64,000 nucleotides of DNA from Octopus sinensis (GCF_006345805.1 NC_043006.1:80538001-80602000); one strand, 5' to 3'; shown: positions 1 through 15,419, counted from the stretch's first letter. The notes: generated by a model from the letters alone, not told the origin. Numbers and translations are program-made.

Positions 1-716
1 GAAGTGTATATGAACATATTTGTGCGTGTATGAGTATATACGTGTGTGTGTGCGTGTGTGCGAGTATGTATATGTGTACATGCGTATGGTTGCATATATA
101 TATATATGGGTATACATCCATTATTTTCACACGAGTGTGAGTGAGAATATGAACATATAACATGTGCGTAATTAGATGTATATATCCATATAGTTGTGCG
201 AGTATGGGTACGTGCACGCGTGTGCGTGTGTGCGGATATGTATATGTGTACATGTGTATGGTTGCATATATATGTGCACATATAGATGTGTGTATGAATG
301 TGCTTGAACGTGTTTCACGCACGTGTTGGTGTGCTTATGCATAGCGGCACATGTACGTGTTTGTGCGTGCGGACATATGTATGTATGTACATGCGCTCAT
401 ACGCGAATTCTATGATCCTTTTTACTTTTTTACTTCCTCCCCTTCGCGTTTGTTCCCTTTATTTAACAGTCATTCTAATAGCTCTTTTGTTTGACTTAAT
501 AACGGTCATAGTAATTTCCATTTCTTTAACGGTCATTTACATAGAATATTTTGATTGTCTCAATAACCGACGAGATGCCAGAGCAGTTTCCAAACCGATA
601 TACGAAACGTGGAGTTTAGTTATGGCAACCGATTAATTGTCATATATTATATTACTGATAAATTCCTCCATTTACATAATATTGTGGTTTCATTCATTTT
701 ATTATTGTCATACCAT

Positions 717-752
<36 letters not shown>

Positions 753-1769
753 ATGCCTACATATACATACATATATCTAGTAATATCTAAAATATATTGT
801 GCGCGTATTCGCTTCTCGCGCGGAACCGGATTCAACAATTGCTTTCATACTTGTGATGCATGAATAATTCGACCTCGGTCAAATGATCGGCTGTTCATGC
901 GACTTTTTTTTATTAGAAATTATTAAAAAAACTATTGCTTTGAAAGATTTTTAAATGTTTACTTCCGGTTTTCTAGCGTTTGTGACGTAACATATCTCTT
1001 TATGTATCTCTCTCTATCCATTTGTTTCTAATTATTTCTAACTCTCTATAGCATATTTCTCTATTTATATCTCTTGTTTTCACTTTCATATTTTAGACGA
1101 TATTTACAATTTCAATTTTCATACGACACTGTTTAACTTCCATGTTATTGTTTTCACTGTAGGTCTAAGTTTTCAAGTACAATTTCCCGCCGCCACGCCA
1201 ATTTGATTGATCATAACTTTCAGAAAAAAGGATATTTTGCAATAAACATTTCTACAAATATGTGTGATGTCATACAGATTTCGAAAATATAAAATTTTGT
1301 GGGTAGGAGTTTTAGGAGGGAGTAGGGGTTTTCTGAAAGTTCCACTTCAATTCGTTTAAACTTTCAAGAAAATTAATATTATTTAATGAAAGTCTCTACA
1401 AATTTATCTCGGACTATGTAGAAGACATAGGAATTTTTGGAGAAAACAATTGGGGGTTACATTTGAGAACTGTTCCCCACTCAGAAGTGTTTCGTAACAT
1501 GTTGTCTATATTTGTTTCATTTTCTCCGTTTTTTGCGTTTGTGCATCCCTAGAGTTCTACTGAAGCAACAAACAGGCAATGAAGGCAGATGAAGCCCTCC
1601 CCAGAAAACTCGTTATGCTAAAAATAACATCTAAAGGTCTGGTCCACAGAAATATGCTATTAAGATGAATTCTCTATCGCGTACGATTTCTTTTCACTTA
1701 AAATACATTCCCAGGCAAACATTTCTAATAGAAAGGCAGAGGACACTCGCAGCAAAAATAAGGAATATA

Positions 1770-1985
1770 CACGCTTGACAGGAGTCAAACAAAGTAACTA
1801 ATTTATCATCGTTAATTGTCCTGCAGCTATAATTTGTTGATGATGTTCCATGTTCAATTATAGTCTCGCTGATCACATCTGAACAACATTCATTATATAG
1901 ACAACAATATTGATGACAAAAACATGTGTGCAAACTTTCTATATCGCTTTCAATTTTGTAATATATTCTGGAAATAATGTAACAT
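1770..1985 (-). pseudogene. 5' stub of an SMB-domain GPCR paralog (start codon plus SMB-like CxCHQYCxLYNECCSD), disrupted and truncated
   Basis: ORF 1694-1933 contains CFCHQYCCLYNECCSDVISETIIEHGTSSTNYSCRTINDDK, nearly identical to the GPCR at 24708. The ATG at 1985 (MLHYFQN) aligns with MVHHFGN. Similarity ends after LFDSCQ. Confidence 0.85.
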
Positions 1986-2059
1986 CCTAAATATTAGTGT
2001 TACATTTTATGCAGCAACCTATATTTTAAAAGTATTTATGTCTCGATCGATTTGCCTAG

Positions 2060-2150
2060 TACTTATCCTATCGGTCCCGTTTGCTGAACCGCTAGGTTAC
2101 AAGGACGTAAACACACCAAAATCGGTTGTCAAGAGATGTTGGGGAACATA
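2060..2150 (-). mobile_element. Internal fragment of the composite octopus-type SINE
   Basis: cctatcggtcccgtttgctgaaccgctaggttacaaggacgtaaacacacc...ggttgtcaag resembles the body of the SINE at 10226-10542. A paralogous copy lies at ~31645-31745. Confidence 0.6.
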
Positions 2151-5100
2151 ACACACATATAATGAATGTCATGGTGTGTGGATCAACACAAACACACGTT
2201 TGCTATCTCTGACATATACACACACATAGTCTTCGTTCTATCTCTCTTTATCATACTCTAAGAAAAAGGTCTACTTTTTGACGCAGACACACACACACAC
2301 AATTTTGTAAGAAAATTATTCTCCTTCAAATAACCGAGAAGTAATTTTGTCTCTATTCTTCATTACAGAAAACATTATCAATGTATTCATGCTCACAATT
2401 TTCTTCAGACATTATATTGATTACTATTGTTTGGATAGTAACAATTAAAAAAGTCCAGAAGTTAAGTTAAATATATAAACATGCATAAGTATCATGAATT
2501 CTCATGCTACAAATGGCAGATAATTTCGTGAGTACTTTACCGGGCTACGCTGGGTAGTAATCTAATTATAGGGAGGTTGGTGTAAAATGAAGGAGATTTA
2601 GCAGTTAGTTTTAGCAGGTCAAAGCACCAAATTGTGGATCCCAGTGTTGCTTTGACTCCATCTTTTGTTCAGTGAATCGAGTTTGAGCTTCAAATATGTT
2701 CAGATTATTTATCTTAATATTGATTCATTATAAACATTCTGATTTGTACAATTATCAATAATATTTACTTAAGTAACTTACAATTAATGTTCTGCTATCC
2801 AACGTTTATTTTACAGTCATTCATCCTACTATATGTTTGTGTTTGATTTCTGTTTATGTGAAATATTGTGGGAAAATGATAGAGGGAAGTTGGGAGAGAA
2901 ACAGTTGCAATCATCGTGGCTTGCATTCGCCCGCAAAGGAGTAGAGGTTGCCTAAATTTACTGGAGAATCGTGGATAGATGATGGGATCAACAATGGATA
3001 GACAGATCCGAGCGCTTTCGTTTGCTTGGCCAATAATGAGCAAAATTCATATAGACACTGCACCATCCACACTGAAACATTGAATGTAAGGTTTAACGTT
3101 GCATATGTGGAGGTAAAATATCTAAACGTATAACTCGTCAAAATTACCGTCTTGCTGTCTCAGACGAATTACATCTTGTAGAGGTACCTATTTATATATA
3201 TTTTGTACGGAATTGTTTAGTCATGTGAAAAATTTAAATCAGATTAAAAACACTTTGTCAGAGATCTCCTGATACCTGTTAACCATCTATTCGGCGCGAG
3301 AGTAAATGAATGAAATATGACATTGACTTCGAAATGTATACTTTTCATTTCGTGAGGTTGTAAATTCTAGAGCTTCGAAGAAAAATCATTGAGGTATTTT
3401 CCCCGAGACTACGTTTCCAGTCGAAGTCAATATAACTTTAATCCCTTTGGATCCAATTATCTGCTTCCCTGAAAATTCCGGATATTGTGCCTATATTAAA
3501 CCCATTCTGTTACTTTTTCATAGTTTTCTCTCAACAAATGTATAAAAAGTCTATCGGTTGAAGTACTGATGTTTTGTGTTGCATCATAACTTTTCATAAC
3601 GTTGAAATGGTTCGGTTTACTTTCCTAATTCTCCGATAAATTAGCCGTAAGCTGGCGAGAAATATTAGCTTACCATAACGAGATTCAGTGTTATTGTGTA
3701 ACTGAATGAGTTTTTAGTTGTTTTGTAAACATATTAGAGTAGGACTGGCTGGTTTAGTGTATTCTTAATCAGTAAATGAAGACGAAGTTTTTTATATATT
3801 TCGGCCGACAATAAAGCCACTGTTTTTCGGATGTTAGAAATACCACCACCATCATCAACATGAAGTCAACGGATTCATGTAGTCTATTACTACCAACTAA
3901 GTTTCCTCTTTCTTACTGCACTTCAATTAGTAGTATGATATCCATCTACAATATGCAAGAATAAAGACAAAACATACACCCTCTTCATCAAGTAACCTCG
4001 GTGGGGTCACAGGTTAAGATTATATTACATTGTATTACGACTACCAGTAGATTTCGCCTTGACATACCATAATTCAATGACGATTGTGTCTGTGAATGTA
4101 TGCTTGCACGGGAATGAGAGAGGGAGAGGGAGAGAGATGATTTTAGCGCATAAACAGTGGGGTTATTTCACTGAATCTTTCCGGTTATATCACTCATTCT
4201 CATAACCTTCGTCGTTAAAATAGATCCATCAAACATTTTCAATGACATATCTTTTTACTGTATTTCTTTTGTTAAAGTTAAGAATTAATTCGAAATTTTT
4301 CTTTTTTTACCATTCAAGATGCGTTTTGCTAATACTTCGTGACTGCTTTCCGTTCCATAACTTTCATGCAATATGTGATCTACCTATATTGGCCCCTCCA
4401 CCCGATGGAGAAAGGCTCTGGCCACAGGAAGAGCGGTGGTTCATTATCCGGTGCGAGGCAGCGGTGAAAGTCGACCGCTTTGACAGGCGCCGACGCAGCC
4501 AATGCGCAAAGCATAGTTTCATAGGGACAGCACATTCGAGTAATATCAACCGCACTTCAAAGACTTACACTTCAGAAACGCAGAGGAGATATCAACAGCG
4601 ATTAAAAATATCTTCACTCATTAATTATTAATAAGGAAAAAATCACATTGTCTATAATACATAGTACATAAGGTTACTATGTGGATTTTTCATTTTTGGA
4701 CTGAATATAGACCTTAGTTCGGAGATATACTCGCATGGCAAAAATTTTAATCGAGACTGTGCGTTGAAGCTAAAACAGTTAAATTAGTAATTAAAAAAAC
4801 ATTAAAAAGCACAACTACTTAAACATTTCTTAGTTTTATTGTAGTATGTACGACCTAGTCACAGACATGGAATCACTGCCACACGTTGACTTTGGAAAAC
4901 GGAATTACTGAGGATGTATGTAACTTTTGAAATTATATTGCTCAAAAATAGAAGCAGATTTTAACCAGGAATTATAAAGATGTCACCTTCCCGTATGGCT
5001 AGAATGACAGAGATAATATGTTCTTGTGAATAGTAAGAGAAGCCCGAATAATATTGTTACATTATTTATTCCACATAAGATATATATAATACATGAGATT

Positions 5101-5301
5101 TTATATGACTTTACCGCGAATTTTGTAATCTGAGAGGACATCTACTCTAGCTAGTTAACGATACACAGCAACATCGAAATGACAGCCATGTTGAAGTGGC
5201 TACGAATATTACTTGTTAATACAACTACTGCATTTATCTCTTAGAAAAAATAAAACTTACATTTTTGCTTGTTGCAAAATCATCGACTGTTTTTCGCTTG
5301 A

Positions 5302-5369
<68 letters not shown>

Positions 5370-6193
5370 AAAAAATGAAGTTCGAAAATGCTGCTATATT
5401 ATACAATTTTTAATTTTTATATATACATTGTAACATGTTTCAGTTCCTGAAATGAACCTTATCAAAAAAAGTTATATATAAAAAAAGACAGCTCATGCCG
5501 TCAAACACAAGAAATTCACTTATAATACACAACGGAGTCAGACATCTTAGAGTTCATGTATAGTTGATATATAGTTTGAAGTAAGTTCATTCATGCTATA
5601 TGTTCAAAGTGTTCGATGCAGTAGCCCACGGTGGCGATACGTATTCAATACAAAAAACAGATCAAAGTGGTGGAAAGCAGTCAATACAGAAGATTGATGT
5701 TTCCGAAAGAGCGAGGAATTCATTTTTACCTTACATACATATATATATATTTATATATATTGCGAGTAGAAGCGAGCTACTACCTGTGAACAAACGAGGT
5801 GCCCCATATTGAAGAGACGCAAACTAGGCTTGTCTACTGCTTGCGTCGCAAGAATGTGGTAGGGGTTCGCTCCCCTGCTGGCAATATATCGGATGATGCT
5901 GTGCATCATTAATCAACTAGAAGGATGTCTTCTGGGGATTAAAAAATCGCAGTAAGGTCCGTTCGAACGGACGTCCATGTTGAAATAGCTGTGAACATTA
6001 CTTTTTCGTACAGCTATTTCGTTGATCTCTTAGTCTTTTTTTCTGGTATATGTATATATATTTGGAAAAACACTAGAGATCTATACATATTAAATTTTTG
6101 ATATGTAAAATATAGAAAGAGATGTTACGAAAGAGTTTAAGAAACGGATTTTTAAATATATAAAGAAAATGTAGAATATATATATATTATACA

Positions 6194-6321
<128 letters not shown>

Positions 6322-8585
6322 AGAAAATGAAAACATGGATTGCTTGAAAATAGTCTAAATATTTATACGTCATATTTGTTCTGGATTATGATAAAAGCAT
6401 TTGGACATCAAAGAATGTAATTGGTAGATATTCACTATACAAATAATATTGTAAGAAATAGTATGATAGAATGAAATAAAAATGAAAAGAAGTGGATGTA
6501 ATAGGATAAAGTAAAATAGAGATTAAAAGGTAAACTGGAAAGAAAATTATAGTTATGAAGAAATAATAAAATGATAGAATATATAATAAATATCTCTCTG
6601 TATATAAAACCCAGACTCTCTGTGTGTGTGTGTGTGTGTGTGTGTGGAAACCAGCATAACGTCTGAAGTTTGCAAATGATCTTCTTCAAACTGGGAGCAT
6701 GCACCTCTTATGTTACAGAGATGTTTTTTATACTTTTAAAATGTTTCACATGATAAATAATGGGGTCAGTAACCACCTTCCTGGGGCCAGTATGACTACT
6801 GTGGAGAAAGGGGGCGGGATAACTGATTTCAAGGTAACATTTCTTAAAATTTGCTAAGAATTGTTTTTTTATTGAGATTTCCTTATTAACTTGCAACTGT
6901 CATATTTCTTGATATAATGTCTTCAAAGGAGTGATCATCTATTGCTCAAAAATGGTGGTAACAGAGTAATTGAAAAGAAAGAGAGCAAAAGAATCATCGC
7001 ATGAGACTTCAATTAGACAATCATAAAATGCTGCATGTAAAGCTACTGCAAGAGCAATGGAAATAGATGAGAACAGTGTTCACCTGGCCACGAATGCTCC
7101 ATCAAAAATTTCAACCAATACCTACCCCTTTATCACGTCAGAACTTTCATGAAGATTTATCTCTTGTGTTGCTATTTAGCGCGCTCACAGACTTTATTTA
7201 TCACATCGATGTAGTTCCTATGTCTGCTGATTGTTCAACACGTAGCTGCAACGCTCACAGCCGCAAAGGAGAGTGTATCCACTAAGAGGTTTTTGGGGCA
7301 TTCAAAAATCACAACTCCACCCACATTTTCTATGACAACGTTAGTGCCTGTAAACTTCCAAACAGACGCATGACACGCCACTTAGTCGAATTAGTCCTTC
7401 ATTTACTCCACAAATGTTTTGTGAATGCTGCACATCCCCGTGTCATGTTTCAACCTAACTGTACCATATGTACAAACTATACCATTTAAAGCCCGAGCAA
7501 CGTAGGTATGTCTTCTAGTAATTCAATAAATGTTTATAACGTTACGAGATGAATAAAAGGATAGGACAAATAAGAAAACAGAAAGCAGTAAAATATAAAT
7601 TTCCAAGCCACGATTTGAAGAGAATAAAATAGATAAACCCAACCGTAGTCGAAAATTTATTCATATTGTAAATTAAAAAATTATGATATAGAAAAAAGTA
7701 TTTATACATATTACATACCATATGAGGGATATTAGTACATAATACATAAAATATTTCTTATGGTAGGTTATAAACAATCATATATAAATAAAAAATATAT
7801 AGTATATAAAACTTGAATATCAATATAAATGGACGCGTTCAATATTACTTATTAATCGTTTATATGTATAATAGTGTATAATTCAGTGTATATACCATTA
7901 AAGCATAATTGCGAAGTTCTTAAAGCAATATGATAAAAAGTATGGGATTTATAGAAAACTATATATTTATAAAAATTTCAGGTTATAGAAGGCCTTCATT
8001 AGGATCAATGATATAAAAAATCGGATCAGTATTAATTATATTATAGCATGTACAGATCATGTGTTAATTTAGTTTTAGTTAATACAGGTATAAGATCAGG
8101 ATTAATTGGTACGATAAGATCAAAATATAATGAAATGTAATAAAATATAATAAAAGTATGGTACAAGGACAAGAGTGTTGGCAATCTATTGAAATATTAT
8201 GGACGCGTTTAAGTACCATTTAAAACAGGTATAAAATAGTTATAAAAGTTATATAAGGGTAACCAAAATATAACTAAAAGGACGAAAGTTCATTTGGGGG
8301 CATGGAGGTTAGGAAGCCTATTACTATATAACCGCATTGATGATTCTACTACAGAGACAGAGGTAGAATGTAAAAAGTGAGTTTAGTGGTGAAAAGGATA
8401 TATAAAACAGGGGCTAGAGGGTTATGCAATACATTAAAATTATCTGAAGGTTCGGATGATTTTGTGAATGCACGAAAATCGAAAATAAAATTTATTAATA
8501 ATTAAAGTATCATTGTTCCCATTTATCAATATTTCATAGACCTTCATATAATAGAGTCCTAACACTTATCTGCTACTAAATGTAC

Positions 8586-8663
<78 letters not shown>

Positions 8664-8838
8664 GTGTGTATATACCTATATATACATAAATATATATATA
8701 TATATATATATATATGCATTAATATATACATACGTATATAAATGTATATACATATATATATATATATGTATATATATGTACATATGTATACATGTATAGA
8801 TACACACACACACACATATATAGATGTATATATATATG

Positions 8839-8887
<49 letters not shown>

Positions 8888-8889
<2 letters not shown>

Positions 8890-10215
8890 CTCGTCTCATC
8901 TCAGAGCTGCGGCCATGCTGATGCACCGCCGTTTTGTGCTACACTGTTATTGCGACGAACCCCGTCTAATATGTGGCACTTGGTGAAGAATGGAGTTTGA
9001 TATAGCTACTCTCATTTGCACCTCTTGCCGTGAGGTAGGTTCATCTGGGACTCTTGACAGGAAGATGTCCAGCTTTGATTTAAAAACCGCTACATCTACT
9101 TTGTGCATGTTCCTCAGACTTTTTGGGTGAATATTAAAAAGCTGTGGGCCCGTGAAACCCAGGCTGTTGCAGAATATGCTCCTGAAGCGTGATGGCATTG
9201 CTGGGATCTTTGGCACTATGCAGTGTCGTCCCGTTCTAGCATTGGTGTAGCTTACCATGCCAAAATTTTTCACAATTCCTTCCACGATCTTCCAGACATA
9301 TATTACTGCATACCTCTCCCGTCTTCTCTCCATGGAGTAGAGTCTTAGCTGTTTCAACCTTTCTCAGTAGCTGAGCTGTTGCAAAGAGACGATCTTCTAT
9401 GTGAATCTTCCCTGGATTGCTTCAAAGTCCGCTGTTAATTTTACACTGGTGGGTGACCATAGCTGTGAGCAGTAATCCAGGCGACTGAGGACGAATTTCC
9501 GCCAGAGGACCATCATGGTTTCCTTATCTCTGGTTCTGAATGTTCTTAGGATCCACCTAGCCAGTCGTCTGCATTTTGTCGCCATCCTGGTAATGTGCAC
9601 TTGGAAAGAGGTACCATCACTCATGTCGATACCCAGGTCCCTCACAGACTTAGGCTCTGGGATTGAAATTCCCTGTGGACCAGTGTATCCTGTAAGTTTA
9701 ATATTCAGTTTTGGATGCTGGTAGCGCAGGGCCTGGGATTTTTCAGCATTAAACTGCATATTATTACCCTCAGCCCATCTGTAGATTGAGTCCAACACCT
9801 GCTGCAGGTGTGCAACATCACTGGGGTTCTGTATTTTCTGCGAGACTTTCGTATCGTCTGCATAGCTGGCCAGAGTGGCTATATGGGCATTTGAGGGCAT
9901 ATCTGAGAGGGCCACTATAAAAAGCAGTGGTCCCAAGACAGTGCCCTGTGGAACACCGCTCACTATTTGTGTGTTCATAGAGGTGGCTCCATTAAACACT
10001 ACTGCCTGACTCCTATCTTTCAGGAAGTCATGCAACTACACTCCAAGTTTTCCAGCTATGCCGAGGTCACGTAGTTTGTGGCAAATCATACCATGATCCA
10101 CCTTGTCAAAAGCTTTGCAAAATCCAGGTAGATTAAGTCCACATTTGATTTGTTGAGTAACTGCTTCAACACCCAATCATAATGCTGTAAGAGCTGGGTC
10201 AGGCAGCCCCTACCT
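8888..10215 (-). mobile_element. 5'-truncated CR1/L2-group LINE, RT and C-terminus, frameshifted
   Basis: RT motifs: AFDKVDHG, SGVPQGTVLGPLLF, SYADDTK, QFNAEK, DLGI and SRLDYCSQLWSP. C-terminal FKSKLDIFLSRVPDEP...SNS is present (ORFs 9397-10035 and 8947-9357). The element is absent from duplication unit 2. Confidence 0.92.
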
Positions 10216-10225
10216 ATATACTCTT

Positions 10226-10542
10226 TCTCTTTTTACTCTTTTTACTTGTTTCAGTCATTTGACTGCGGCCATGCTGGAGCACCGCCTTTAGTCGAGCAAA
10301 TCGACCCCGGGATGTAAACACACCAGCATCGGTTGTCAAGCAATGCTAGGGGAACAAACACAGACACACAAACATATTCACACACACTTATATATATATA
10401 CATATATATGACAGGCTTCTTTCAGTTTCCGTCTACCAAATCCACTCACAAGGCATTGGTCGGCCCGGGGCTAAGATGCCACGCAGTGGGACTGAACCCG
10501 GAACCATGTGGTTGGTTAGCAAGCTACTTACCAAACAGCCAC
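10226..10542 (-). mobile_element. tRNA-headed composite SINE with LINE-like 3' tail and (AAGAGTAAA)n end
   Basis: Minus strand reads gtggctgtttggtaagtagcttgctaaccaaccacatggttccgggttcagtccc (A/B-box-like head) ... ggcggtgctccagcatggccgcagtcaaatgactgaaac followed by a tandem tail. The head matches 55001-55155. Confidence 0.8.
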
Positions 10543-10625
10543 TCCTGCGCCTACATATATATATATTTTTTTTTCTGTACTTGTTTCAGTCATTTGACTG
10601 CGGCCATGCTGGAGCATCGCCTTTT

Positions 10626-10970
<345 letters not shown>

Positions 10971-11278
10971 ATTAGAGATAAACCCACTATTAGGCAAATC
11001 AAACAGAGAAAAATATAAACCAAAACATAGAAATAAATTAATATAATATAGAAAATATATAAAATATAAAATTCAAAATTTAAATTATTTAAATTTAAAG
11101 TTAAAAATAAAAAAAATTTTAATCAATAATTTATACTTATAATCATTTATATATATATATGTAAATATATAATACATAAATATTTTTTTATTTTTTACTT
11201 ATTTTTATATTTTATTTTAATTTTATTTTTTGTATATTAAATATATATAAATATCAAAAAGTATTAAAAAGTTTAATA

Positions 11279-11341
<63 letters not shown>

Positions 11342-11359
11342 CATGTATGTATATATATA

Positions 11360-11394
<35 letters not shown>

Positions 11395-11397
11395 TTA

Positions 11398-11438
<41 letters not shown>

Positions 11439-11600
11439 ATTATTATTATTATTATTATTATTATCCTCATTGATATCACTGATAGTATTGTTTTTATGCG
11501 TTGTAACAGCAGTGGTTGAAGCAACAGTTGTAGGTATGGGGTAAATTGCCAGGGTGGTATTTGGGACTCAGATTCCTATGCTATCATAATAGTAGTATTA

Positions 11601-11658
11601 CGGGATTACACAAAACAATTGAAACACCTTAAAATTTCAGACAATTTTGATTTTAATA
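11601..11658. mobile_element. Isolated Tc1 terminal fragment
   Basis: ggattacacaaaacaattgaaacaccttaaaatttc matches the Tc1 end at ~14355 and ~39570. Confidence 0.6.
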
Positions 11659-11685
11659 CATGTATATATAAACACACAGACACAT

Positions 11686-11766
<81 letters not shown>

Positions 11767-12011
11767 TACAAAATAAGAAAATGGAGAAATACATATAAAT
11801 CAAATATCAATTACCAGATAATACTCAATCACATACTTTATTAAACCACCACATAAGAAACTATAAGGTTAAACATAAAAAAGTAGAGCAAAACAGTGTA
11901 CATAAAGGACATACATAAAAAAGTGTACATAAAGGAGTAATGTTATACAATAAGTAGAATATATATAAGAGAATATAAATATAAGTAAATATAAATATAA
12001 ATATAGATTAC

Positions 12012-12138
12012 ATCTTACAGCTGTTTCGGCCATGTAGATAAATATGTCTCATTTTACTCATATTAGCCTTTTATGGTAGGTCAATATGTAGTTATAAATA
12101 AGACATTGACACAAATATCATAAGGCCTCTTCGGAGAT
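12012..12138 (-). ncRNA. Type I hammerhead ribozyme motif with CCGAAGA core variant
   Basis: Minus strand: AUCU-CCGAAGA-GGCC...GGCC-GAAAC-AGCU-GUA/AGAU. Stem I is AUCU/AGAU, stem II closes GGCC/GGCC, and stem III ACAGCUGU is palindromic. Confidence 0.7.
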
Positions 12139-12780
12139 TATGTGATATAAATCAGTCTATATATATACCTATATGGGTGCGGGTACATACCTATAATACA
12201 TCATATACATATACATAGCAGTGCATATACTCACACACTTATACATATAAATACATACATATACATAATGATATAAATAATATAAATTAGTAAACATACA
12301 TATGTTCCACATTCAATGTTACAGTTTTTTTACTTAATATTGTGATAATAAACATACACATATCAATACTGTGATAATAAACATACACATATTAATACCT
12401 AAATGCAGATATACAGAGTCAATAGTACATTATATTAATTCCTACTAATTTCTAAAGTGTCATTAAAGTTAGCATCATTATCATTGTCAGTACCATTAAT
12501 GCTACCAATATCATCATTTATATTATTATTAATAACGCTAATACTAGAAAAACAATTTATAGATTCCATTATTAGCAATATAGTCACAATAGTACTACAA
12601 TACCATGTAAAGTGTTAAATATCCGCATATACATACGAAGTATGAAGTACAAGCATTCTGTTTACACTACGTAAGGATCCATAGTTGCACATATGTACGT
12701 CCGACTTCAAGTTTGTAATGTTCCTTACGACATAAATACAACATTGGTTTTGAATTTAAATTACAACCCCTATCTCAATT

Positions 12781-12846
<66 letters not shown>

Positions 12847-13138
12847 TTAATAATAATAATAATATTAGGGAGTAAATCCAAACTTACTGGGAAAAATTAG
12901 ATTTAAGATTAAATCCAGTTTTATAGCATAAATATATATATATTATATTAAATAAGAGATAAAACTACTATTGGGCAAATCAAACAGTGAAAATCGTAAA
13001 CCAATACACAGAAATAAATTTAATTAATAAAAAATATATGATATAAAATTCAGAATTAAAAATATTTTAATTAAAGTTAAAATTAAAAAAAAATTATTTA
13101 AATTAATAATTTATACTTATAAATTTTTAAATATATAC

Positions 13139-13194
<56 letters not shown>

Positions 13195-14355
13195 TATTAT
13201 TATTATTATGATTATTGATATTATTATTATTATCATTTATATTTATATTAAATATAACTATCAAAACGTATTAAATGTTTTATATAAGATAAAGAGGATG
13301 ACCACTTTGACCGTTTCATGCCCATATACCAATTGGAATAACAATTCAATTATTTATTCGAATTATGGTTATAGTCAATCTTCAGGTTAATTATAATATT
13401 TAAATAAATAATCAGAAATATTTAAACAATATTTCTGAAGCAATAAATAATATAATAATTCTTCTTATAAGAATCTCTGTTATCAAACTAGAAACTTAAC
13501 GATTATGATTATGTCATACAATCGATTATAATGTTAAATATTAATTTTTAAGTTTTAAGTATTAATTTTTAAGGTAATATTAGTTATAGTCAATATCTAA
13601 TTACATAAATATTTAACAAAAAAATAACTATTCATATTATTAAATATATAATATTTGAATAATATATAAATTATCAAAGAAAATATACAAATGTATATAA
13701 ATTTTATAATTAGGATATAAAATCATCTCTATCAATAAATATATATGCACGTACAATATATACCTAATAAATTAATTATTCACTATTACTAATAAATATA
13801 TTAAAAGATTAAAGATGAAATAGATAATTGTAAAAAACAAACAACCTGAAACGAATGCTATAAGAAATTAACAAACTATATATCACTTTAGCTAACTAAT
13901 AACTTTCAAAAATTGTATAGTTAAAATATAATAATATAGTATCAAATAAACACTACAAATATATTTATGAATGGGAAGAATATTACTACCATTATCGATT
14001 TAAAAAGACAATATATAAGTAATAATAACAATTATAAGAAATTAAAATAACTATCAGCAAATATAGTTTTTTTAGGCTAAAAATAATGCTATCAAACATG
14101 TATATATATGAAACCGAACTCTAAACAACTCGTATAACTGTTATCGAACTATATATCTCCATGGCTAATTAAAGTCTTACTAATAAAAGTAAAGTTAATA
14201 TCTAATAATTATATAGAAAAATTACGATAATTAGATCATTACTTAAACATCAATATTTACATTAAATAAAAAACAATATTATACCATAAGACTTAGAAAA
14301 TATTTAAATTTTAAATTTCAAAAGTCTTAAATATAAATATATACTTCGCTTTGAG

Positions 14356-15404
14356 TTACACAAAATAATTGAAACACCTTAAAATTTCTAACAAATTGAT
14401 TTTAATAAGACGTTGGACCGCCTTTGGCAGTAATTACAGCTTGAAGTCTATGAGGTAGGGACTCGTTCAAATTTTGATTTGTTTGGAAAGGAATTTTTGT
14501 CCATTCTTCATCTAAAACAGTCTCCAATTCTTGTAGTGATGATGGATGCGGACTCCTTACTTGTTTTTCTACAACGCACCTCAAATGTTCAGTAATATTG
14601 AGAACTGGAGACTGTGTGCTCAGATAAGATATTCCACTTCACTAGAATGTTCCTTGTGCCATTCAGTAACAACTTTAGCAGAGTGAATTGGTCCATTATC
14701 ATCCTGAAAGATTGCATTTCGCTCCGGAAACAGTTCTGCAACCATAGGATGAATTTGATCAAATACTATGCTTAAACAGTCTTGAGTAATTCTACCATGA
14801 AGGGAAACGACTGGGCCGGCGACGTTCCTAGATATAGCCGCCCAGATCATCACAGATCCTCCTCTATGTTTAACTGTGTGTGTCAAATGCTTCTTTTGTT
14901 GGTCTCCACTGGTATAGTTGGCCGGTGGTCGGAAATGCTGTAAACGATGACTCTTCCGAGAAAATAACATTCTTCCAATGCTCAATGGACCAATTCTGTC
15001 GCTTTTTACTCCACTCTAAACGCTTTGCAACATTTGGTTTTAAAAGTAGTGGTTTTCTGATTGCACCTCTCCCGTGAAATACAGCTTTGCGCAGCTCCCT
15101 ACGAACAGTTTTTGTGGAACCTGGGATCTAGACGTGGTCATTAAGCTCTGTAGTAATTTTGGGAGCCGCACTTTTGTGTTCTTTTCTAACAGTTCGCATA
15201 AGAATCCTACGGTGCCTATCTGACATTTTGGTTTTCTTCCGGAGTTTTGTTTTGTCGAAGAGGTTTTGCACTCTTTCTCAAAGGCTGTCATACATTCGAG
15301 ACCGTACTTGCTACACCAAACATTTCGGCTGTTATCGTTACGCTAGCGCCTGTCATACGTACACCAACAATTTGACCACTTTGAACGTCAGATAGATGTG
15401 TCAT
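14356..15404 (-). mobile_element. Tc1-family transposon, transposase pseudogene
   Basis: Across frames: MTHLSDVQSGQIVG (ATG 15404), SGRKPK, VIFSEES, HRGGSVMIWAAI, IFQDDNGPIH, SPVLNITEH, LQAVITAKGGPTSY. Multiple frameshifts are present. Confidence 0.92.
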
Positions 15405-15419
15405 TTTAATGAATTTTAA

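Noticed and set aside
4380-4560. GC-rich island, absent from unit 2, with a weak resemblance to a tyrosine recombinase segment
   Set aside because: It is too short and has no catalytic motif, so it cannot be supported without a search.
7520-8510. AT-rich strand-biased stretch (also 35150-36110) considered as a viral or Polinton relic
   Set aside because: No translatable motif was found in any frame.
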